A stretch of DNA of 60,337 nt, filler included. It is 7 parts of 7 records of this genome, joined end to end, with 100 filler letters (N's around TTAATTAATTAA, not from the genome) between each part and the next. Parts side by side here need not be neighbours in the genome. Positions count along the whole stretch, not along the records: positions 1 to 6,202 come from SRR31147125_11216; positions 6,303 to 11,635 come from SRR31147125_11285; 5 more parts are not named here. One strand, written 5' to 3'. A program made the translations under genes and the position numbers. The stretch's first letter is position 1. Every line of letters begins with the position of its first letter. This document shows positions 1 through 9,332 of this stretch, piece by piece. Below the pieces are notes generated by a model. That model worked only from the letters and a program-made list of their open reading frames with translations. It had not been told where the DNA came from and did no database searches.

Positions 1-4
1 ATAT

Positions 5-89
5 GGAGGGGTTCCCGAGTGGCCAAAGGGATCAGACTGTAAATCTGACGTCTACGACTTCGATGGTTCAAATCCGTCCCCCTCCACCA
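5..89 (+). tRNA. tRNA-Tyr(GTA)
   Basis: Acceptor GGAGGGG/CCCCTCC, anticodon arm TCAGA-CTGTAAA-TCTGA (GTA at 39-41), long variable arm, GGTTCAAATCC T-arm, encoded CCA. Confidence 0.97.
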
Positions 90-386
90 AGGAGAATACA
101 CACTGTAAAGTGTGTATTTTTTTGGTGATTGGTGGGATTTGAACAGTCTTTTGCCGCTGCCTTATGGCAGATGAAGGCAAAAGACGTGTCCTGAAAGTGA
201 GCAAAGCGAACGGCGGAAATCCGTCCCCTTCACCAAAATAAAAAATATCCAATGAATGATTTTTCTTATTTTGAAAGAAAAAGGATTTGAACTGTTGGCA
301 TCAAAGAGCGAATAGCGAGGAGTAAAGAAGACAGCGTGCCCTGATAGCATGCAAAAGCATGCGGAGGAAATCCGTCCCCTGCACTA
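90..386 (+). repeat. Two degenerate ~150-bp tandem units, each ending in a copy of the tRNA-Tyr 3' end
   Basis: AAATCCGTCCCC at 70, 217 and 368; GGATTTGAAC at 135 and 283; shared CGTG.CCTGA.AG...GCAAA block. Confidence 0.85.
95..123 (+). terminator. Rho-independent terminator after tRNA-Tyr
   Basis: AATACACACT-GTAA-AGTGTGTATT hairpin followed by T run. Confidence 0.7.
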
Positions 387-532
387 TATGTAATTTTTTT
401 AGTTATCGTTTCGAACTCATATTCTTTGTTAAAAGGGTTATTGATTGCAATTGTAAAGTTGCAATATTTTTTGTCATTGCTTTCTCCAAAGGTTGGATCA
501 GCGGTTAGGTTTCCGATTTCTTTTACTTTCAT
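387..532 (-). pseudogene. ssb: Truncated single-stranded DNA-binding protein (N-terminal OB-fold fragment)
   Basis: MKVKEIGNLTADP...CNFTIAINN resembles the SSB N-terminus, with AAGGAG RBS; similarity is lost before the tRNA-end copy at 386. Confidence 0.6.
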
Positions 533-795
533 AATTTTAAATCTCCTTAGATTTTATTTTTTATGTTAAAACCCAATACCTTATACTTGAAAATATTGTT
601 TTCACCTTAATGTACACTAAACTGTATAGTACGCTGGCTTTAAACTGATTAATTGTATGTATCTTTTTTTAAAAAATAGAAATAGTATAAAAATAAAACT
701 TATTACCTGAATTATTACTCCAGTTGATAATACTATTACTGGAATTGTTTCAAAGTTCATTTAAAATCCTCCTATATGTTAAATTTGTATAATAA

Positions 796-829
796 AAAGC
801 AAACACTTACTGTTGTAAATGTTTGCTTT
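796..829 (-). terminator. Terminator downstream of the Lamassu operon
   Basis: AAAGCAAACA.TTAC / GTAA.TGTTTGCTTT inverted repeat with T tail on the minus strand. Confidence 0.6.
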
Positions 830-887
830 ATAGGTAAAAAATACTCTAATTATCTAATCTGTAATTAAGATGACTTTTATATTTTGT

Positions 888-2507
888 TTACTTGTCTTTC
901 CAATTTTTTATAAACAAAAGATTTGATTTTGATAGTGATACAACTTTTGTATTATTAATTATTTCTTGAGATTCTTTATTATACATATTGGCTTTATCAA
1001 GTGCTATGAAAATCTGCTTTACAGATTTGCTATATAGTTCGATAATTATACTCATTGCAAAGTCCTCAATATTTTTAAAAAGAGGCAAATCATGTATAAG
1101 TATAGGTAGTCTAGTTTTGGTTAATAATGCTAAGTCCAACTCAATTAAGCCGGCATAACTGGCACCTGTACCTCTATCACTTGAAGTAGTAAAAACATAG
1201 CTATTGTTTTCTGGCTTTAGCATTAAGTTAGGAGGAACATGGTTTTCTCCATAAATCATATTATTATATTCAATCATTTGACTGTTTATTGTTGTACTAA
1301 TGCTAGAATATACTTTAGTTCTTATAGTTTCAAAAACTTTCTTTGCAGTTTTAATGTCTTCTCTAAATTTAAATGTATCATCATAAACCTTATTTCTATC
1401 CTCATATTTCTTAATTTCAGATGTCAACCCAATCACTTTATCTACAGCAATTTTTGAAACATCTTTTATTGACAACTTGCTCATTATTCGATTATCAACA
1501 ACTTCAATCTGAGCATTAATTTCCTTTATTTTAGATAATAATTCTTTTTCAATTTCCTCTAACTCTAGCGTTAGATTTTTACTTAGACCTTTATGAAAAT
1601 CATCTACAGTATCTACCATTTCTTTATTGAAATTTGGAAAGAATTTCATAAACTCATCAATGGAATTATTAAAGTTCACTACATTGCCATTAATATTGTT
1701 TCGTGTTCTTTGTAATTTATAATTATATCTACCTTTAATTCTAATGAGTTTTGTTTTTTCATTTTTCAAGCCATATATTTCCTCTGTAATAAGAGCTTCT
1801 ATATCATTGGTTGAAGTGGCAATAGACTTTTTTATTTCATCTAAATCCTCCTCTAAACGTTTAATTTCTTTCTCGTTTTTTTTGTATTCTGTTTTGTTTT
1901 TAGCACCAATAATAACATTATTCTTTTTAGCTTTATTCAAAGCTGATAATTTATCTTCAATTGCTTTTAAATTATCTATATGAGATTTTAATAATGAATA
2001 TTTTTCAAATAACTTAGTAAGATAATAAACAGAGTCTTGATTTTTTTCTTTATCATAATAAGTCAGAGGTTTCTTCTCTTTTAGATTTTCTTTACCGTAT
2101 ATTCTTGAGTACCTACCAACAATTTCCCTAAAACTTATATATGGTATTTCGCAAGCATATTTCTCTTGCAACCAATTTTTAAAATCAGATAAATCCATTA
2201 TTTTGGGATTTTCATGCTTTTCGTCACACTTATAAACATTCAAATAATTGTCTGTTTTTCTATAAAAGAAATATTCTATCTCATCAAACTTGAAAACAAA
2301 CTTTATAGTATGATGTCCTAAGTGTTCCATTACATCACTGTTAATTTTAATGTACCCGTTTCCACCATAAACAAAGTCTATAATCATTAGCATAGTAGAT
2401 TTTCCAATAGAGTTGCTAGCAATATTGTCACCAAGTATTACATTAAGCCCACTGTAAAAGTCAATTTCTTCTTCTCTAAATTTATCACATATTATCTTCT
2501 TTAACAT
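888..2507 (-). CDS. lmuB: SMC-like ABC ATPase of ABC-three-component/Lamassu system (DUF2326-type)
   Basis: Walker A GDNIASNSIGKST, long coiled coil, DDFH..L motif, Walker B-like ILIHD; third gene of an overlapping triad. Confidence 0.85.
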   Translation of the reverse strand: MLKKIICDKFREEEIDFYSGLNVILGDNIASNSIGKSTMLMIIDFVYGGNGYIKINSDVMEHLGHHTIKFVFKFDEIEYFFYRKTDNYLNVYKCDEKHENPKIMDLSDFKNWLQEKYACEIPYISFREIVGRYSRIYGKENLKEKKPLTYYDKEKNQDSVYYLTKLFEKYSLLKSHIDNLKAIEDKLSALNKAKKNNVIIGAKNKTEYKKNEKEIKRLEEDLDEIKKSIATSTNDIEALITEEIYGLKNEKTKLIRIKGRYNYKLQRTRNNINGNVVNFNNSIDEFMKFFPNFNKEMVDTVDDFHKGLSKNLTLELEEIEKELLSKIKEINAQIEVVDNRIMSKLSIKDVSKIAVDKVIGLTSEIKKYEDRNKVYDDTFKFREDIKTAKKVFETIRTKVYSSISTTINSQMIEYNNMIYGENHVPPNLMLKPENNSYVFTTSSDRGTGASYAGLIELDLALLTKTRLPILIHDLPLFKNIEDFAMSIIIELYSKSVKQIFIALDKANMYNKESQEIINNTKVVSLSKSNLLFIKNWKDK

Positions 2508-2724
2508 ACTGTATCACCTTTTTTTTATTGTCATAAGTTATTTTTTTCAAAATATATAAAATATCTAATGCAGTAATAAACTCATTTATATCCTCAAAGT
2601 TGTTTTTTGAATATAGGAACAAATCGCTAGCGGAACATTCCTCTACTTCTGTTATTTTTAATATATATATCGTTTTAGCTAATACACATTCATCAAAAGT
2701 TGCTACTTTATTTGGTAATATCAT
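2485..2724 (-). CDS. lmuC: ABC-three-component middle component (LmuC-like), ~79 aa
   Basis: MILPNK start, LDILYILKKI motif; overlaps both neighbours. Confidence 0.8.
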   Translation of the reverse strand: MILPNKVATFDECVLAKTIYILKITEVEECSASDLFLYSKNNFEDINEFITALDILYILKKITYDNKKKVIQYVKEDNM

Positions 2725-3487
2725 CAAACACCTCACAGTTTTGTATAAAATAAGCTATTAACATTTCACAAGCATTCTTAGATGCATTGTTAGTCTTAGT
2801 GTCCAACCAATTCACGAGTATATTGAATACTTCCTCTTGATTTGTTGTGATTTCTAAGCTTTTATTATAGAATGCCTTGATATTCATAGCTATCTGATTG
2901 AACTTATTATTGTATGTTTTATCAATCTCTTGAAATTCGCTTTTAATAAACAGAAAATAATCTGTTACATTATTTATTATGTTTCTTTTAGTTAAATAAG
3001 TTAAAGTATTATTGGTTTTATCATCAATTTTTAAAGATTTATAGTTTAGTGGAGTAAGTAGACTTTCACTGTTTTCGTCAGCAAGTGATTGAATTATCAA
3101 CCTTATTTCTTCTTCCACATTATATTTGTTATAGGATGCAGCAATTTGTACATCTCGCAGTATTCTTTCTTTAATATTTAACCATTTATAATATTCTTCT
3201 AATGTTTTGTCACTATCATACTCTGTATGGCAATTAGGGCAAGCAGCAAGTACATTGCTTAAATCGTTCACATCAGCAGGCGCTTCTATATCAGACAAAA
3301 GCTCTTTTTCCTTTTCTGTTGGATTTTCAGGGTATATATGAGCAACTTCAAAACCTCTAATAATATTTTTAGTTTTCTTTATAAGCAAATCTTTTCCGCA
3401 AATAGGGCATTTGCAATCAACTTCATTTATCAGCAACATCTTTTGATTATCTGTAAATTCGTGTTTTTTTGTACTGTTTGATGCCAT
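2708..3487 (-). CDS. lmuA: HNH endonuclease effector with ABC-3C C-terminal domain (LmuA-like)
   Basis: CPIC...EVAHIYP...N...CPNCH zinc-HNH; C-terminal IAYFIQNCEVF typical of ABC-3C CTDs. Confidence 0.85.
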   Translation of the reverse strand: MASNSTKKHEFTDNQKMLLINEVDCKCPICGKDLLIKKTKNIIRGFEVAHIYPENPTEKEKELLSDIEAPADVNDLSNVLAACPNCHTEYDSDKTLEEYYKWLNIKERILRDVQIAASYNKYNVEEEIRLIIQSLADENSESLLTPLNYKSLKIDDKTNNTLTYLTKRNIINNVTDYFLFIKSEFQEIDKTYNNKFNQIAMNIKAFYNKSLEITTNQEEVFNILVNWLDTKTNNASKNACEMLIAYFIQNCEVFDDITK

Positions 3488-3571
3488 ATAACACCTCTCT
3501 AATTATCCAATAATACTATTATAGCATATATTTACATCTGTTTGTGTATTACGACAAATTATAACAACAAC

Positions 3572-3800
3572 CTACCTGTTTAAAACTTCATTAAAATCCT
3601 TACCACCACGAGGCAATTCAATATTAATATTATATTTATTCATCAATTTTTTTGCATAATGAAATGCTGTCCCAATACCAGTTTTATCGTTATCAAGGCA
3701 CAACGTAATTCTTTCAATCTCTGGATGATCGTTTAGATATTGTTCCAATGCTAGTGGTAGCTTTGCACTGTGGGTATTGCCTTTAGGTGGTGCAAGAGCA
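3572..3800 (-). pseudogene. C-terminal Toprim fragment of a conjugative-element primase-like protein
   Basis: LEQYLNDHPEIERITLCLDNDKTG...PRGGKDFNE (DxD and KDxNE motifs); N-terminal part missing. Confidence 0.7.
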
Positions 3801-3875
3801 AAGGAAAAAGCATGGTAGCATGGCAAAGTGCTGTTGGAGAACTCTGTGTTTACCCTTTGCCGTTTTTGAATCTTT

Positions 3876-4046
3876 CTAACCTCCATTATATACTTGATAT
3901 ACTTGCAAAAAATATCTTGTATCACTTGCAAGTAAAGTCGTGAAATGTGCTGTGCTTGGTGGGACATTTGTATTTGCACTTTGTGGTATAAAATAAGTAG
4001 CCATCATGGCTACTAATATGATTGGTGTTAATATTCGTTTTTTCAA
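3876..4046 (-). CDS. Small secreted peptide, 56 aa
   Basis: AGGAGG RBS before TTG; MKKRILTPIILVAMMATYFIPQSA signal-like N-terminus. Confidence 0.5.
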   Translation of the reverse strand: MKKRILTPIILVAMMATYFIPQSANTNVPPSTAHFTTLLASDTRYFLQVYQVYNGG

Positions 4047-4101
4047 TTTTGTTTTCCTCCTAAATAAAAAAAGAGCAACATTTGTTACTCTCAATAAGTT
4101 A

Positions 4102-4886
4102 CTATTTAATTTTTTTTACTTGTTTATTTATTGCATTGAAAATTTTTTCATACGATGGTGGAGGACCAGTTCTGACTTCCTTACTATCTATATATAGCCC
4201 ATCCCGAATTCCCCACTCGTTAAATATTTGAATATCAGTAGTATCATATGCTTGAAAGATGGCTTTCTCACCTATCACATCACAAGCTCTTTTCGCTCGC
4301 TCAAAGACGATATTATTCACTTGACACCATTCACTATTAAACGCATGCACAGTTACTTTGCCTGCAACTCCTTGTGGCTTCTTTTTTGGCGAACAATTTT
4401 AGGTAAGTTAGCAATATCCGAAAAGGCTTTTAAAAGTAAAACGGTGATACCTACTCTGTCAACTGCTCGATATCCTTGCTTTTTAAACCATGATGCACGC
4501 ATAAATGCAGGAATGCAAAGTCCCCAAGCGACAAATCCATCAATACCCATAGATTTAACATCTTGCTCTGCTGCACTTAATAGTAATTTGCCGATTCCTT
4601 TTTTTTGATAATTACCAATACCTTGCTTATGACCATGAACCCAAATACAAAGTATAATATATAGATTTTTTCCATCGGCAAACGAATACTCGATTGGTGC
4701 ATATTGAATCATTCCACATATTGTGCCATCATCGTCTTGTGCAAGTTTTACTTTTAGCCCTTTATCTTTCATATGTCGATACCAAGTTGCTTTATGATTA
4801 CCAGCTTCTTTCATCTCATCTGACCAGTCTTCAAGGCATACAAAATAATTGTTTTCATATTCTTTGGTTAAATCGATAATTTGCAT
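4102..4886 (-). CDS. GNAT acetyltransferase with YoaP-like C-terminal domain (frameshift in A run ~4385)
   Basis: QKKGIGKLLL acetyl-CoA motif; the two ORFs join by one base as RQKKKPQGVAGKVTVHAF. Confidence 0.75.
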
Positions 4887-5127
4887 AAGTTTCACTCGCT
4901 TTCAATATTTTACTTTTAATTACGATACCAATATTATGATTATAAAGTGCTCTATAAATGATAGTACAATTATACTATTCTGATGTTGCTTTTTCAATTA
5001 ATTTCATTTTTCTATTATCTTTTTGACTATATAAGAATTAATAAGTTTTTGAGAATGATAATAAATGTATAATTACTGTAGGTTTAATATATGATTGTTT
5101 GTTTTGCTGAGGATGAAATTAACGTTT

Positions 5128-5625
5128 TTATAGCTTTATAGTATTAACAGATATCCCCTTCAACTTAGCCATATTAATCGTCATTGCAGTTCCGCTCCTC
5201 TTATCCCCATTAAAAACAGCTAGTAACAAATCTGACCTATCCACCATATATTGATTCCTCTGCCTATAGCAATCCTTTGTATAGGATTCATTTAGATACA
5301 CTACTTCATCAGCCTCTTTTTCGATATACTCAAAGTTATCTTTTTGAATTAAAGTAAATTTTTTTTGCATGCCACGATATGGTATTATCATATGCAAGTT
5401 TAGTGTTGTAAAAAGCTCATCACGTACGGATAGGATTATTAGTGATACCACCTCATCGATTCCGTTTTGACCGCCCACATAGAATTCAGTATAGCCCTCT
5501 CTTATAAGCTTTATGATTTCCATTTTTAATAGTGCTTCTAATCTTTCATGCTTAAGGCTCTTTTCATCAAAGGGCATTTTGCTTGCTCTATGTCCGCTGA
5601 AACATACTGATTTTGTTTTTATCAT
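5128..5625 (-). CDS. SLOG-family protein (DUF1273/YspA-like)
   Basis: CFSGHR, GGQNGID, RNQYMVDRSD, SGTAMT motifs. Confidence 0.85.
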   Translation of the reverse strand: MIKTKSVCFSGHRASKMPFDEKSLKHERLEALLKMEIIKLIREGYTEFYVGGQNGIDEVVSLIILSVRDELFTTLNLHMIIPYRGMQKKFTLIQKDNFEYIEKEADEVVYLNESYTKDCYRQRNQYMVDRSDLLLAVFNGDKRSGTAMTINMAKLKGISVNTIKL

Positions 5626-5721
5626 AAATACACCTCGAGATACTAAATATTGTCGTATTACAAGTGTAATACATACATAATACTTATTGTAACATAAACT
5701 AATGAGTAGAGGTGAATAAAA

Positions 5722-5895
5722 ATGAAAAAATTTCAAATACCGTCTATTCCACCTACTACTGTTAAAAGTATTAGGTTTCCAGTTGATATTATTGAAGAAG
5801 TTGAAAAGGCTATAGAAAATAAGGATTGTACATTTAGCGCATTTGTTGTTGAAGCTGTAAAAGTAGCGTTAGAGAATTTAGAGGAGACTGAATAA
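5722..5895 (+). CDS. Small ribbon-helix-helix-like DNA-binding protein, 57 aa (not in ORF track)
   Basis: GAGGTG RBS; MKKFQIPSIPPTTVKSIRFPVDIIEEVEKAIENKDCTFSAFVVEAVKVALENLEETE. Confidence 0.7.
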   Translation: MKKFQIPSIPPTTVKSIRFPVDIIEEVEKAIENKDCTFSAFVVEAVKVALENLEETE

Positions 5896-6202
5896 GCTAT
5901 TCAAAATCACTCTCATCTTTTTTCTTCTCTTAATCAAGAACACTACAAGACCACAAAGACCAATAACACCACCAGTAGTTCCAGCAACAATTGGCACGAC
6001 ATTGTTCTTTTCTTTGGCTGGTACTTCTTCATAAGTTACAATCGCATTAACCGTATACTTTCTGCCATTTGGTTCTTTGATTGTTTTTTCAGCTTCATAA
6101 ATGGCATGAGCATCATAAGCTAAGATATTAGGAATATCAAATGTACCGCTATAGATTGCAGAATACTCCTTGACGTGCCTTTGAACTGTATATTTGGCTG
6201 TT
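5878..6202 (-). CDS. 3' end of membrane-anchored surface protein (partial)
   Basis: ...VVPIVAGTTGGVIGLCGLVVFLIKRRKK transmembrane segment plus basic tail; runs off contig. Confidence 0.6.
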
Positions 6203-6302
6203 NNNNNNNNNNNNNNNNNNNNNNNNNNNNNNNNNNNNNNNNNNNNTTAATTAATTAANNNNNNNNNNNNNNNNNNNNNNNNNNNNNNNNNNNNNNNNNN
6301 NN
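6203..6302. other. Artificial contig linker
   Basis: N44-TTAATTAATTAA-N44 (stops in six frames). Confidence 0.99.
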
Positions 6303-6684
6303 CCCCCTGGAGGTTGTCCGCATCGCCAATGGAACTGACCAGCACGTCAAGACGATTGCCCCGTTTGGCAAAGCCGGGCAGCAAGGCGGTGACCATCACT
6401 GCGGCAACATTTTTCACCTGGATATCATCCCTGTCGACGGTAACGCCCATCTTTTCGAGCATCGAAGCCATGGATTGGAGGGTAAACGCGGCCTTTTTGC
6501 CGTCACCGGTACCGTCAAGTCCCACCACCAGCCCATATCCCACCAGCTGGTTTTTACGCACGCCATTGATTTCCACTATATCCTTGATTCGGGCCGCATG
6601 GGCACTGTCAAGCCATCCCAGACAAAAAAACAAAAGCAGGCTAATTATATAAATGCATGGTTTGTTCATGGTTTCATCAATCAT
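6303..6684 (-). CDS. flgI: Flagellar P-ring protein (5' partial)
   Basis: RIKDI...NQLVGYGLVVGLDGTGD, KNVAAVMVTA. Confidence 0.95.
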
Positions 6685-6688
6685 TGGA

Positions 6689-7449
6689 TTAGAATGGCCA
6701 AACCGTCATCATGATCTTGGTCAGCCAACCAGGTTTTTGGCGATCATTAATGATGCCGGTACCGCTGTATGAAATCCTGGCATCGGCCACATAGGTCGAC
6801 AACACCTGATTATCGGCATCGATGTCACGGGGGCGAACCACACCGCTAAGCTGGATGATCTGGTTCTCGTTATTTATCAACACCTCCCGGGACCCGACCA
6901 GCACCATATTGCCGTTGGGCAACACCTGGGTCACCAGCGCCGTGATATACGCATTCAGGTCACCGCTGCGTTTGGTGGTTCCCGTGCCTTCGAATTCGCT
7001 TTCCAGACCGCCGGCCACCTTGGAAAAGGGATTGAAAAAGGCTGATCGGCCGGAAATCGTTTTTCAGCATTGAAAAATGCATCCAGGCTGGCGCTCATGG
7101 ACGATGAACGGTCCGTACCTGTGCTCGCCTTATTGGTGGCCGTCGACGATTCCATAATTTTAATCGTTACTATATCACCGATCTGGCGAGCCTTTTGGTC
7201 ACTGAACAACGAAATCAAAGGCGCGTTTTCACTCCACAGGGAACCTTCGGACGGTGCTTGAGGCACTGCGGCGGTTGCTTGTTGATAAACCGGTTGCTGA
7301 CTGGGGTCATAGGCAACCGGCTTGGATTGCACGGGACTACCAACCTTTGAAAACCCTCCGGCACACCCTATGATACCGACGATGGGGATCAACGTGAAAA
7401 TTAATAGCATGCGTCTGCCTGCTCTGACGGCTCTATCTGGCTGAATCAT
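6689..7449 (-). CDS. flgH: Flagellar L-ring lipoprotein (frameshift ~7035)
   Basis: Lipobox IIGC, DQKARQIGDIVTIKI, LPNGNM, C-terminal WPF. Confidence 0.92.
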
Positions 7450-7460
7450 AACGCACCTTC

Positions 7461-8453
7461 CTAAAATTCGACTTCCACGGCACCCGGACCGATGACACGG
7501 GCGGTAATGACACGGTTTGAATCCGTATTGGTCACGTGAATCATTTCTCCTTTACAGCCTTTTTGTTTGACCTTTCCAGTGGCGGTGATGGTCATGGGGC
7601 CGGCATTGGCTACGATTTTAACGATGTCCCCTCGCCTGACCACTGGCGGCAAGCTGACCATTCCCGATCTCAATACGGTTTTGGGATAAATCATCTGGGT
7701 GGTCCGGTTGCCCACGGCCTCTTCGATACGGCCAAGCGTATCCGACGAAAGGCCGGCAAGGTCGTCGCGCACGACAGTCACGTCTGCCCGTTCGATTTTC
7801 TGATGTTTTCCCAAGGGCCGGACCACCTTGACCACATCCGTCATGACACCGATGTCTACGTTTACCCAAACCTTTTTCACCGGTTCACCATCAACGAAAA
7901 GATGCAAGGCCAAGATCGTTCGTCCCAGATAATCCTCATTGCGGTTGGGAACGATGCGATGGGTGAGTGTCCCGGTGGCCAGTTTAATATCGTCATTGAA
8001 ATGAATGTTGCGGATGGTTACGTCCTCATTGTTCCACGGCATCCTCCTGCGGATGGCTGTTTCAACCGCGCGCACGATCATGTCGCGGGACAAGGTCGCC
8101 GCCTCGCGGCTGATTTGCACATCCTGGGGTCCCTTGAATATCATCGGATCGGTCTGGAAACCGGCCTGCCGGAGCCGAATGCGGATATAATCAAGGCTCA
8201 CGAACCTGGTCTGCCCGGGCAGCGGCGATTTCGCCACCACGGTGGCCCCCAGAGGGCGGGACGTTTCTTTCGACGCGCCGGATATGTCGGCAATGTCGGC
8301 AAGGCGCACCACGTCCTGGTCAACACCAACCTTTTCTTTCAGCGTCAGCCTGATCGGGTCCGAAGCAATTGACGCGCCGGCATGCAAAAAGATAAAAACA
8401 CACACGAAAAGGCTGCCCACAAGCATGTGAATGAATCGGTGAATTCGCTTCAT
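7461..8453 (-). CDS. flgA: Flagellar P-ring formation chaperone
   Basis: SAF-like domain, VRRGDIV...G.I.V.N..S.R motif, position between flgG and flgH. Confidence 0.9.
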   Translation of the reverse strand: MKRIHRFIHMLVGSLFVCVFIFLHAGASIASDPIRLTLKEKVGVDQDVVRLADIADISGASKETSRPLGATVVAKSPLPGQTRFVSLDYIRIRLRQAGFQTDPMIFKGPQDVQISREAATLSRDMIVRAVETAIRRRMPWNNEDVTIRNIHFNDDIKLATGTLTHRIVPNRNEDYLGRTILALHLFVDGEPVKKVWVNVDIGVMTDVVKVVRPLGKHQKIERADVTVVRDDLAGLSSDTLGRIEEAVGNRTTQMIYPKTVLRSGMVSLPPVVRRGDIVKIVANAGPMTITATGKVKQKGCKGEMIHVTNTDSNRVITARVIGPGAVEVEF

Positions 8454-8459
8454 GATTGG

Positions 8460-9248
8460 CTACCGTCTCAGGTTGGTGGCGGTTTGGAGCATTTCGTCCG
8501 ATGCCTGAATAGTCTTGCTGTTGGTCTCATATGCCCGCTGGGCAACGATCATGTTGACCATTTCATCCACCACATTCACATTGGACAATTCCAGATATCC
8601 TTGGGCAATCGTTCCGTATCCATCCTCGCCAGGCGTACCGGTCGTGGCATCCCCTGAAGAGCTCGAAGGCACAAACAGGTTCCGTCCGATACTTAGGAGA
8701 CCCGCTGGGTTGGTAAACTGGGCCAACTCGATATTGCCTACCTGGGTCGCCTCGTTCTCACCGGAAAGCAATACCGAAACGGTACCGTCGGTCCCGATGG
8801 AAAGCGCCACGGTGTCTGCCGGAATGGTCAACTCCGGATCGATGGGGAAACCATCGGAAGTCACCACCCGCCCGTCGCTGTCCAGTTTGAATGTCCCTGC
8901 CCGGGTATAGGCGGTGTCCCCATTGGGTTGCAGGATCTGGAAAAATCCATCGCCCTCAATGGCCATGTCCAGATCATTCTCCGTATTCTGAAAATCACCC
9001 TGGGTAAAAATTTTCTGGGTCGCACTGGGTCTTGTGCCGTGCCCCACCTGGATACCGGTGGGCACCTCGGTGTCGGCAGAGGATGCGACGCCTGGTGATC
9101 TGAGGGTCTGGTAGAGCAGATCCTGAAAATCGGCGCGGCTTTTTTTGTAGCCGGAGGTGCTGACATTGGCCAGGTTATTGGATATCACATCGATATTGAG
9201 GTTCTGGGCCTGCATTCCTGTGGCCGCAGACCAAAGGCTTCTGATCAT
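8460..9248 (-). CDS. flgG: Distal rod protein
   Basis: [12 protein letters not shown]...[23 protein letters not shown]. Confidence 0.96.
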   Translation of the reverse strand: MIRSLWSAATGMQAQNLNIDVISNNLANVSTSGYKKSRADFQDLLYQTLRSPGVASSADTEVPTGIQVGHGTRPSATQKIFTQGDFQNTENDLDMAIEGDGFFQILQPNGDTAYTRAGTFKLDSDGRVVTSDGFPIDPELTIPADTVALSIGTDGTVSVLLSGENEATQVGNIELAQFTNPAGLLSIGRNLFVPSSSSGDATTGTPGEDGYGTIAQGYLELSNVNVVDEMVNMIVAQRAYETNSKTIQASDEMLQTATNLRR

Positions 9249-9332
9249 ATGTTCCTCCTGTGGATACGCAAAACAAGCATGGGCGTCGTGGCCGAGGACC
9301 GGTTAAGCCTGAAGGCCCGCTTGCAACGACAA

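Noticed and set aside
52-350. Short ORFs overlapping the tRNA and repeats
   Set aside because: Antisense readings of tRNA-derived sequence (GDGF motif from the tRNA end)
70-386. tRNA-end copies as a CRISPR array
   Set aside because: Period ~150 bp, repeats derive from the tRNA, no cas genes
617-760. 47-aa hydrophobic ORF (MNFETIPVIVLSTG...) with GGAGG RBS on the minus strand
   Set aside because: Plausible membrane peptide, but no family evidence and homopolymers make its end unreliable
6247-6258. TTAATTAATTAA recurring six times as a biological repeat
   Set aside because: Always centred in N runs; artificial six-frame stop linker
7536-8372. 278-aa plus-strand ORF and similar shadow ORFs throughout
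   Set aside because: Antisense to well-supported genes, no recognisable motifs
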